DNA of 18,093 nt from IMG/VR virus record IMGVR_UViG_3300009061_000331, positions 1 to 18,093 of that record; one strand, given 5' to 3'. The translations under genes were made by a program, and so were the position numbers. Shown piece by piece: positions 5,388-11,845 of the stretch. Origin of the DNA: a virus. The notes under the pieces are model-generated. The model was not told the DNA's origin. It was given only the letters and a program-made list of their open reading frames with translations, and did no database searches. Position 1 is the stretch's first letter, and each line of letters opens with the position of its first letter.

Positions 5388-8300
5388 ATAAAAATAATAT
5401 TCTTTTTTCAATAATTGTAATTTTAATAACATTATTAAGTATTGGTTTAGTTAATGCTGTACCAACTGATGGAGTTAGTTTTTATCCTTTTGATGAGGGT
5501 TCTGGTTCTACTCTTGGTGATAATTGGGGTAGTAATGATGGTTCTATTACCAGTGATGATGTTGATATTTGGAGTGGTATTGTGCCTACTTTTGCTGATG
5601 GTGTTACAAGTCCTGATTATAGTTTAAGTGGTAATGGTGAGGATTATGTTGATTTGGGATTTACTCCTGATACTGACGATTTCAGTATTGCTGGTTGGGT
5701 TAGGTTTAATAGTGTTGCTTCTTTTCAAGAAATTTTTACAACAGTTCAAACATCAACTAACAGAGATGGTGTTATGTTAACTCTTCACGATGAAGTCGGT
5801 TGGAGAATGGGTTTTTATAATGATAATGATGCTTTTATTAGTGTTACTGAGGGAAGTGTTAGTTCTTCTGTAGATACTTGGTATAATATTGTTCTTAATT
5901 ATTATGATAATGGAACTGCTAAACTTTGGGTAAATAATGCGAGTATGATTAGTGAATATAGTGCTACTTCTTTGAGCACTCACGATAGTAATTTACATTT
6001 AATGCAGGATTATGTGACTATTACTGGAGATACTCTTGATGGTTATGAAAGTTATTTTCAAGTTTTTAGTGAACCTTTAACAGAAGAAGAAATTAGCAAT
6101 TTTTATAAAAGTGGAAGAGTAGATGTTACTTCTTATTTTGATATTATTAATACTAATTCTATTAATAATATGACAGCTTATTTTAATAGTACATCATATT
6201 CAACAACAAATGGAACTATTGTTACAGGGATAGAAAGTACAGAAGAATTTAATATTATTATGGAATCTAACCAAGGTTATTATTTCAATAATACTTATAC
6301 TAACTATAATATTAGTGAAGATTTAGAAGTAACTTTTTATGAATATCCATATGTTTCAACAAATATTAATAATTTTACTGCTACTATTGACGGTGTTGAT
6401 TATATAACAACTAATGGCTTGGTTTATGTTCCTTTTAATTCTAGCAAAACCATTAATATTACAACTAATCAAGATTATTTTAGTACTAGCTTCGTTCATG
6501 ATTTTAGCGATTTAACAGATATTAATAAGACTTTGGTTGAGTACCCCTATGTTAATGTTAGCAATTCGTGGACTGGTGAAACAATAGAATCTTTTAATAT
6601 TAGTTTTATAGAGAATGATTATGAATTAATTAATAGTGCTTGTGTTTATTATGGTGGTACTTGGCTTAGTGAGTATAAAGAATGTGAGAGTGTAAGTTCA
6701 ATGACTATTACTGAGTCTGTTTGTGACCTAATGGGTGGCACTTATCACGAGGGTAGTAGTTGCAGAAACTCAGATCCTGGAGATTACTGTGTAAGTTCTG
6801 TAGTTTATTGGTGTTCATTTGAAGAAATATCAGAAGAGTATTCCAGTTACGTTACTTATTTGACAACAAACGGTAAAATATACGTTCCAATCAATCAAAG
6901 TGTAGATTTAACAATAAGAGCAGAAGGATATTTTAATACTAGTTTCGTTCATGATTTTACAGACAGTAATGATTTAGAAACAGAACTGAATCAAAGCATA
7001 ATCAGAATCGAAATAACAGAAAAATATTCAGGAAACAACATTACTAATTGGGTTTTATTAAATGGTTCAGAAGTCTTAATTAATACTACGGATAATTATG
7101 ATATAGTTAATCTAGCAGCAGGACAATATAACGATTTAACATTAAAAAGTAATATCGCAAGTTTTAGCGATAGAATGATAGATGGATTTAATGTCTCAAG
7201 TCTAGATAATAAAACAATAAGTTATGATTTTTTGCCTACTGAGCTAAGTATTATTGCTAAAGACTTTTTAACAAATACAACCATAAATAATTTTAGCGTT
7301 AGTATAAATAGTCTTAATAGTTCTCATTCTGGAACTTATAGTATAACAACTGGTGAATTAGTTTTTGGTGTTATAAATAATGATGATTATAGTGTAATTA
7401 TTGATGCTATTGGTTATTCTTTATTTAACAATACTGATATAATAAACATTAACGGTAACACTAATAAAACTTTTAGGTTGTTCACCGAGAATAGTATATT
7501 CTTTGAAGTATTTAATGAACAGACAGGCGAACCTATAACAGATTTAATTGATATAGTTATGGATGGTGATTATAAGAGTTATTCTTTTAATATTACAAAT
7601 AGTACTCATTACATAGATGATATTATTGATGGTGTTTATAGTATAAAAGCTAGTTATAATGATAGTATTAAATATTATAGTGTTACTGTTGGAGATAGAT
7701 CATATAGTGATGTTAACATATTCTTTGGTTCAAATTATAATAATGTTAGTTTTAGTTTTTTAGGTGGTAATACTGGTAATATACTAGAAGATGTTTATTT
7801 TACTATGAGTAGATACATTAATGGTAGTTTAATGGTTGTTGGTTCGGGTATTAGCAATATATTAGGACATGTTAATATGCCTTATGTAGAAGGTACTTAC
7901 TATAAATTTATAGCAAGTAAAGATGGTTATGCTCCTAAAGAGTTTACTCTTGATCCTATATTTGAAGATAAATATTATGTTAGAATGTATGTAAGTAGTG
8001 AAGGTGAATTAATATCTGATGGTGTTAGTGTAAATTATAATCATGATATATTCGTTTATGGTGAGAATAATTTTAGTATTATTTTTAATAGTCCATTAGG
8101 TACTTTAACAGATTACAGTTATACATTGGTTTACCCTGGTAGTAATTCCTCTGATAATGGTATTAACGCTAATGGTGAAATATTTGATTTCGCATTTAAT
8201 ATTACTAATGTAGATATAGGTTCATACGTTAAATTAATCTATAATTATAATACAACTATTAGTGATCAAGTTACTAAAACTATATTTTTCCCTGTTACAA

Positions 8301-8563
8301 TTAATAGCGATGACCCAGGTTTGTGGAGTGGTATAGGTTCTTTTTTGGGCAAAGAGGGATTATGGACTAGAATTATTTTAGTTACTATTATAGTTATATT
8401 TTTAAGTGGTTTTGCTTATCTTATAGGTGGTTCAACTGCGAGTTTAATTATTGGTATGTTAATATATACTTTTTTTGTAATTATTAAAGTAATACCGTTA
8501 TGGAGTATATTAATAACTTTATTAATTGGATTTCTATCAATTATTAAATTAGGGGGTGACTAA
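5384..8563 (+). CDS. Secreted, membrane-anchored LamG (concanavalin A-like lectin) domain protein, 1059 aa. Candidate receptor-binding/spike protein.
   Basis: N-terminal signal-like segment (ILFSIIVILITLLSIGLVNA). LamG-type pattern: SFYPFDEGSGSTLGDNWGSNDGSIT...DFSIAGWVRFNS...WYNIVLNYYDNGTAKLWVNNA. Repeated modules (TTNGxxYVPxN...YFxTSFVHDFxD) and carboxypeptidase-regulatory-like segments. ~3 hydrophobic helices in the last ~75 aa. Confidence 0.8.
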   Translation: MNKNNILFSIIVILITLLSIGLVNAVPTDGVSFYPFDEGSGSTLGDNWGSNDGSITSDDVDIWSGIVPTFADGVTSPDYSLSGNGEDYVDLGFTPDTDDFSIAGWVRFNSVASFQEIFTTVQTSTNRDGVMLTLHDEVGWRMGFYNDNDAFISVTEGSVSSSVDTWYNIVLNYYDNGTAKLWVNNASMISEYSATSLSTHDSNLHLMQDYVTITGDTLDGYESYFQVFSEPLTEEEISNFYKSGRVDVTSYFDIINTNSINNMTAYFNSTSYSTTNGTIVTGIESTEEFNIIMESNQGYYFNNTYTNYNISEDLEVTFYEYPYVSTNINNFTATIDGVDYITTNGLVYVPFNSSKTINITTNQDYFSTSFVHDFSDLTDINKTLVEYPYVNVSNSWTGETIESFNISFIENDYELINSACVYYGGTWLSEYKECESVSSMTITESVCDLMGGTYHEGSSCRNSDPGDYCVSSVVYWCSFEEISEEYSSYVTYLTTNGKIYVPINQSVDLTIRAEGYFNTSFVHDFTDSNDLETELNQSIIRIEITEKYSGNNITNWVLLNGSEVLINTTDNYDIVNLAAGQYNDLTLKSNIASFSDRMIDGFNVSSLDNKTISYDFLPTELSIIAKDFLTNTTINNFSVSINSLNSSHSGTYSITTGELVFGVINNDDYSVIIDAIGYSLFNNTDIININGNTNKTFRLFTENSIFFEVFNEQTGEPITDLIDIVMDGDYKSYSFNITNSTHYIDDIIDGVYSIKASYNDSIKYYSVTVGDRSYSDVNIFFGSNYNNVSFSFLGGNTGNILEDVYFTMSRYINGSLMVVGSGISNILGHVNMPYVEGTYYKFIASKDGYAPKEFTLDPIFEDKYYVRMYVSSEGELISDGVSVNYNHDIFVYGENNFSIIFNSPLGTLTDYSYTLVYPGSNSSDNGINANGEIFDFAFNITNVDIGSYVKLIYNYNTTISDQVTKTIFFPVTINSDDPGLWSGIGSFLGKEGLWTRIILVTIIVIFLSGFAYLIGGSTASLIIGMLIYTFFVIIKVIPLWSILITLLIGFLSIIKLGGD

Positions 8564-8564
8564 G

Positions 8565-9017
8565 TTGGGTAGTATAAAGATTGTGATGACTTTATTAGTT
8601 ATTTTATGTGTTGATGTCATCCTGTTTTTAGGTCAGATATCTGCTAGTAATATAGGAGATGAATTTAATTTAGATTCTCCTAATTTTTTTAACGAGAATT
8701 CAAGTTTTTTAAAAAAGTTTGATGAAGGGAATTATAGTATTAATAGCAATACTAGTGGTGTTTTACCTATACCTGAGGATAGTGTGAGCAGTGAGACAGG
8801 TAATGTATTTACTGATAGTGCTAAAAGTATTACTAGTTGGTTAAAAGATAAAACTAGAGGTGTTATTACTGGCTGGGATTATCTGGTTAGTTTTTTAGGT
8901 GGTCCTACTAAATATTTAAGTGATATAAATGCACCTAAAGAGTTTGTTTTTGCACTTAGTGCTTTATGGTATGGATTAACATTGTTGTTATTAATTTTAG
9001 TTGTTTTCAATAGGTGA
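8565..9017 (+). CDS. Secreted/membrane protein, ~150 aa: N-terminal signal-like helix and C-terminal TM.
   Basis: ORF track frame. TTG 8565 lies 5 nt after GGGGGTGA (8552-8559). The GTG 8556 start given in the track lies inside that SD. Confidence 0.6.
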   Translation: MGSIKIVMTLLVILCVDVILFLGQISASNIGDEFNLDSPNFFNENSSFLKKFDEGNYSINSNTSGVLPIPEDSVSSETGNVFTDSAKSITSWLKDKTRGVITGWDYLVSFLGGPTKYLSDINAPKEFVFALSALWYGLTLLLLILVVFNR

Positions 9018-9021
9018 TAAT

Positions 9022-9297
9022 ATGGTATTTTATGATAGTTCAAGTTTTTTAGGGGGTATGTTAGAACAGTTCACTATTAGTATTAGTGGTAGCTTAGCAT
9101 TAACATTGTTAGCTGTTTTTATCTTTTTAATAGGTTTATTTATTATGTTTAGAGTACCAATTAATATTATAATAATATTATTATTACCGATCACATTATC
9201 TTTTATTGCTTATGAAGCTAGTGGTTTTTTAGCTGTAGGTGGCGTAGTATTAATGTTCGCTGGTGTATTGTTAGCTAGAAGTTGGCTTATAAGATAA
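9022..9297 (+). CDS. Polytopic membrane protein, 91 aa.
   Basis: ATG 9022 is preceded by AGGTGAT (9012-9018). There are three hydrophobic segments. The track start TTG 9001 overlaps the previous gene. Confidence 0.6.
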   Translation: MVFYDSSSFLGGMLEQFTISISGSLALTLLAVFIFLIGLFIMFRVPINIIIILLLPITLSFIAYEASGFLAVGGVVLMFAGVLLARSWLIR

Positions 9298-9320
9298 AAA
9301 CGTTATGGGGGGTGAATAAA

Positions 9321-9419
9321 TTGAAAGAAATATGTAAGAAAATCAATACTAAAGATATAGGTAAAGAAGAAATTAGAGTAGGTAAAACTAAGAAAATTAA
9401 GAGTCCTAAGGCTCTTTAA
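9321..9419 (+). CDS. Small basic protein, 32 aa, TTG start (MKEICKKINTKDIGKEEIRVGKTKKIKSPKAL).
   Basis: GGGGGGTGA (9307-9315) then 5 nt then TTG 9321, the same geometry as at 8565. Not in the ORF track because it is too short. Confidence 0.35.
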   Translation: MKEICKKINTKDIGKEEIRVGKTKKIKSPKAL

Positions 9420-9426
9420 TTTTTTT
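9420..9426 (+). terminator. Oligo-T (T7) tract immediately after the last rightward gene.
   Basis: TAA 9417-9419 is followed by seven T. Oligo-T tracts act as archaeal termination signals. Confidence 0.3.
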
Positions 9427-9535
9427 AGTTTATATTTCTAGTTTTACAATAAGGGCATATACTTATACTCTGATATCCTTCTAATTGATGATCCTTTTCA
9501 TTATATATATTTTTACACATAAAACATTTTATCAT
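9425..9535 (-). CDS. Zinc-ribbon protein, 36 aa; last gene of the leftward module.
   Basis: Hand translation: MIKCFMCKNIYNEKDHQLEGYQSISICPYCKTRNIN, with CxxC...CxxC. The ATG lies 2 nt after the stop of the upstream gene. Confidence 0.5.
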   Translation of the reverse strand: MIKCFMCKNIYNEKDHQLEGYQSISICPYCKTRNIN

Positions 9536-9537
9536 TT

Positions 9538-9726
9538 TTATTTGTATAGTTTTTTGAAAATATTAATTAAAACTGGATCTATTTTCATTCTTTCGTATTT
9601 CTGAGTTAAAGCTATACATCTTTTATTATCACTATTATATAATTTCATCATTGATAATTCTTTTTGCATTTCTTCCCTTACTTGTATTTCTTCTTTTTGT
9701 CTTCTACTTAAATATATGTCCTTCAT
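9538..9726 (-). CDS. Hypothetical protein, 62 aa, charged/helical.
   Basis: ORF track. Tightly packed behind the 9729-9953 gene. Confidence 0.5.
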   Translation of the reverse strand: MKDIYLSRRQKEEIQVREEMQKELSMMKLYNSDNKRCIALTQKYERMKIDPVLINIFKKLYK

Positions 9727-9728
9727 TT

Positions 9729-9953
9729 TTATTCCTCTATTTTATTTAGATCTTTAAAATCTATTATTGTAATTAATATTAATAATACAAAATATATTAA
9801 TATAATTATAGCTTCTAAATACATTTCACCATTAGCATTAATATCAACTATTATTTTACCACCATTTTGATAAGCTTTCATAAATATATATAAAAAAACT
9901 GTTACAAAACTTGAAGTTAATATAAAAAAAGCTGCTTTGATTTGTTTTATCAT
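9729..9953 (-). CDS. Small membrane protein, 74 aa, 2 TM.
   Basis: ORF track. GAGGT lies upstream (plus strand acctc at 9961-9965). Confidence 0.55.
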   Translation of the reverse strand: MIKQIKAAFFILTSSFVTVFLYIFMKAYQNGGKIIVDINANGEMYLEAIIILIYFVLLILITIIDFKDLNKIEE

Positions 9954-10051
9954 TATTTATACCTCTATTTACACTTTAAGTGCGGCTTATTTAGTACAAA
10001 TACGCACCTAAATTATTGTAACTTTTACTATTTAATAAAAGTTGTAAAAGT

Positions 10052-10255
10052 TTAACCTTTTATATACCTTTCATATAATTCATTACAAATAGTATCAAAA
10101 ATAAAAATACCTAAAAAAATAACATAAGGTATAATAACTATAAATAATAATATAGTCAAAAATATATCTAACAATAACGAATGACTAATATTAATCATAA
10201 TGCAAATAATAAAAATAAATACTATCGAAATTACAAGTTTAGATTTATTTCTCAT
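10052..10255 (-). CDS. Small membrane protein, ~67 aa, 2 TM.
   Basis: ORF track frame. ATG at 10255; the track start at 10264 is TTG. Confidence 0.45.
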   Translation of the reverse strand: MRNKSKLVISIVFIFIICIMINISHSLLLDIFLTILLFIVIIPYVIFLGIFIFDTICNELYERYIKG

Positions 10256-10325
10256 TTTCTTCAACTAAAAACGAACGTTTTTAACTATCCGTTATTTTTA
10301 GCATTTCTTTATAAAAGAAACACTA

Positions 10326-10451
10326 TTATTGAGACCCCCCTTTTTTATTATTATTTTGATTTATTTTCTGAATAACAAAACCGATTATCATACCAGCCAT
10401 TAAAGTTAAACAATATGTAGTTCCAATTATTGCCCATATATATGAATTCAT
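10326..10451 (-). CDS. Small single-TM protein, 41 aa (MNSYIWAIIGTTYCLTLMAGMIIGFVIQKINQNNNKKGGSQ).
   Basis: Hand translation. Its ATG overlaps the recombinase TGA (ATGA at 10451-10448). Confidence 0.4.
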   Translation of the reverse strand: MNSYIWAIIGTTYCLTLMAGMIIGFVIQKINQNNNKKGGSQ

Positions 10452-10930
10452 TTTCTTAGTGTACCTCTACTTTTTCTTTGAACTTTATCTTTACCACGTT
10501 TACCAACATTCTTAGCAAACCTTAAACCCTCTTTTGTTCTCTCACTAATGATTGATCTTTCGTATTCGGCAAATGCTCCTAAGATCTGCCATTGTAAACG
10601 GCCTATACTAGAAGATGTATCTATGTTTTGGGTTACTGCAACAAATTCAACATTCTTATTTCTAAATTCATCTAACAAACTAATCAGATGTTTTAATGAT
10701 CTTCCCATACGATCAAGTTTAGTAACAACGACCATTCTAAATTTATAATGTCTTAAATCTCTCAAAAGCTCATTAAACATTGGCCTAGACACTTTAGCCC
10801 CGCTTATTACATCAGAATAGACTTTGTAAATTTCCCATCCTTGACTCTCACAATAATCTCTGCAAATCTTTTCCTGTTTTCTTTCATCTTGATCAGCTGT
10901 TGAAACTCTACAATAAATAGCAACTTTCAT
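10448..10930 (-). CDS. Small serine recombinase (resolvase/invertase catalytic domain), 160 aa, without a C-terminal HTH domain.
   Basis: MKVAIYCRVSTADQ (catalytic Ser motif), VVTKLDRMGRS, and the E-helix LGAFAEYERSIISERTKEGL. The protein ends in a short basic tail, GKRGKDKVQRKSRGTLRK. Confidence 0.9.
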   Translation of the reverse strand: MKVAIYCRVSTADQDERKQEKICRDYCESQGWEIYKVYSDVISGAKVSRPMFNELLRDLRHYKFRMVVVTKLDRMGRSLKHLISLLDEFRNKNVEFVAVTQNIDTSSSIGRLQWQILGAFAEYERSIISERTKEGLRFAKNVGKRGKDKVQRKSRGTLRK

Positions 10931-11052
10931 TTTAACCTCTTATTAAACATTTCTTTGTAATTGTTTTGTTCATCTGTCCAAATTCTATATACTCCAGGAA
11001 ACGTATAAGCTAACCAATGTAAAATTTCGTTGTAATCTTCATCTTTATTCAT
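10927..11052 (-). CDS. Hypothetical protein, 41 aa (MNKDEDYNEILHWLAYTFPGVYRIWTDEQNNYKEMFNKRLK).
   Basis: Hand translation. Its stop overlaps the recombinase ATG (ATGA). Confidence 0.4.
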   Translation of the reverse strand: MNKDEDYNEILHWLAYTFPGVYRIWTDEQNNYKEMFNKRLK

Positions 11053-11236
11053 CTTGATACACCTCTAGATCATAATCACCAAGACTAATAACATTATCAG
11101 ATTGTTTTTCTACACTAAGCCAGACATAATTATCTAAATTATCACTATCACCATCTTTTAATTCATATTTATCCTTAACATCTAAAATATTATACCTAAC
11201 TTTAGTATGTGGATTATTCTTTATTTCCTTTATCAT
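11045..11236 (-). CDS. Small acidic protein, 63 aa.
   Basis: ORF track frame. ATG 11236 is preceded by AAGGGTG. The C-terminal half is rich in D/E. Confidence 0.5.
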   Translation of the reverse strand: MIKEIKNNPHTKVRYNILDVKDKYELKDGDSDNLDNYVWLSVEKQSDNVISLGDYDLEVYQDE

Positions 11237-11312
11237 TATACACACCCTTAGTTAATTTATTAAACACACTAAACAAAACTTGTTCTGTTTCTTTATTGTA
11301 ATCAACAAACAT
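11214..11312 (-). CDS. Possible 32-aa ORF (MFVDYNKETEQVLFSVFNKLTKGVYNDKGNKE).
   Basis: GGGTGA lies 6 nt upstream of ATG 11312, which overlaps the upstream TAA (TAATG). The ORF overlaps the next gene by 23 nt. Confidence 0.25.
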   Translation of the reverse strand: MFVDYNKETEQVLFSVFNKLTKGVYNDKGNKE

Positions 11313-11473
11313 TAGAATTCACCCATAATATGTTTAACAGCCTCAGTATCAACACTATAGTTATCTATAATATAATTAATAGCTTCTTCTTTACTTTTTA
11401 AACCAGCCAAACTCTTTACTAAACCAATTTTTTTATTATGATCTTCTGATAGATCAACATTTACTACTACCAT
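11312..11473 (-). CDS. Second ribbon-helix-helix-like small protein, 53 aa.
   Basis: Hand translation: MVVVNVDLSEDHNKKIGLVKSLAGLKSKEEAINYIIDNYSVDTEAVKHIMGEF. GGAGGT lies 8 nt upstream. Strand-helix-helix pattern. Confidence 0.45.
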   Translation of the reverse strand: MVVVNVDLSEDHNKKIGLVKSLAGLKSKEEAINYIIDNYSVDTEAVKHIMGEF

Positions 11474-11650
11474 TTAATTGTACCTCCAATTATAAATAAT
11501 ACCTTTATTAACTCTTTTAGCAACTATTGGAAACAACCAGTTAGTAAAAGGTGTAACTAAACATATAACAAGTACCACTAATAGTATTTGTAATCTTGAT
11601 ACTCTTATTTTATGTGCTCTACCATAAGTTTTGATATTTTTATAATTCAT
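11474..11650 (-). CDS. Small single-TM protein, 58 aa; SD-less first gene of a leftward sub-operon.
   Basis: Hand translation: MNYKNIKTYGRAHKIRVSRLQILLVVLVICLVTPFTNWLFPIVAKRVNKGIIYNWRYN. There is no SD. A TTTATATA box ends 26 nt upstream of the ATG. Confidence 0.45.
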   Translation of the reverse strand: MNYKNIKTYGRAHKIRVSRLQILLVVLVICLVTPFTNWLFPIVAKRVNKGIIYNWRYN

Positions 11651-11675
11651 TTTATACTATATTAGTATAAACTAC

Positions 11676-11683
11676 TATATAAA
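11676..11683 (-). promoter_or_regulatory. Archaeal-type TATA box (TTTATATA on the minus strand).
   Basis: Plus strand reads tatataaa at 11676-11683. 25 nt separate the box from ATG 11650, which would give a leaderless or near-leaderless mRNA. Confidence 0.45.
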
Positions 11684-11703
11684 TGTTTCTATAATAAACC
11701 TAG

Positions 11704-11727
11704 AACTTTTAAGCAAAGATTAAAATA
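11704..11727. promoter_or_regulatory. Copy 2 of the 24-nt repeat AACTTTTAAGCAAAGATTAAAATA.
   Basis: Identical to 684-707. Lies 20 nt upstream (minus-strand sense) of the TATA box at 11683-11676. Confidence 0.5.
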
Positions 11728-11730
11728 AAT

Positions 11731-11797
11731 AAAAAAAAGTAGTTAAGGGGAGAATTTTATATATATGTCAGAAAATAGATGTGTAATCCCCCTTAAC
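11731..11797 (-). terminator. Inverted repeat + T8 tract downstream of the NTPase gene (minus strand).
   Basis: GTTAAGGGG (11742-11750) pairs with CCCCTTAAC (11789-11797) across a 38-nt loop. On the minus strand it is followed by TTTTTTTT (11738-11731). Confidence 0.4.
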
Positions 11798-11845
11798 CAC
11801 CTATTATAAACAAACAAAACTAATATATAAAGTTTTTTAATCTTC

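Noticed and set aside
5777-5983. Minus-strand ORF inside the LamG gene.
   Set aside because: Embedded antisense in a gene with clear domain signatures, and no start context.
10019-10054. The octamer AACTTTTA/TAAAAGTT recurs (10020-10027, 10036-10043, 10046-10053; also at the start of both 24-nt repeats), considered as a distinct regulatory motif.
   Set aside because: An almost pure A/T octamer is expected several times by chance in ~36 kb of AT-rich sequence counted on both strands. Locally it may simply form a weak hairpin downstream of the 10052 gene.
10181-10375. Plus-strand ORF 10181-10375.
   Set aside because: Opposite to the leftward operon. It overlaps the 10052-10255 membrane gene and the 41-aa ORF, has low-complexity N/Y/F composition, and has no SD.
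10548-10748. Plus-strand ORF inside the serine recombinase gene.
   Set aside because: Antisense to a gene with unambiguous catalytic motifs.
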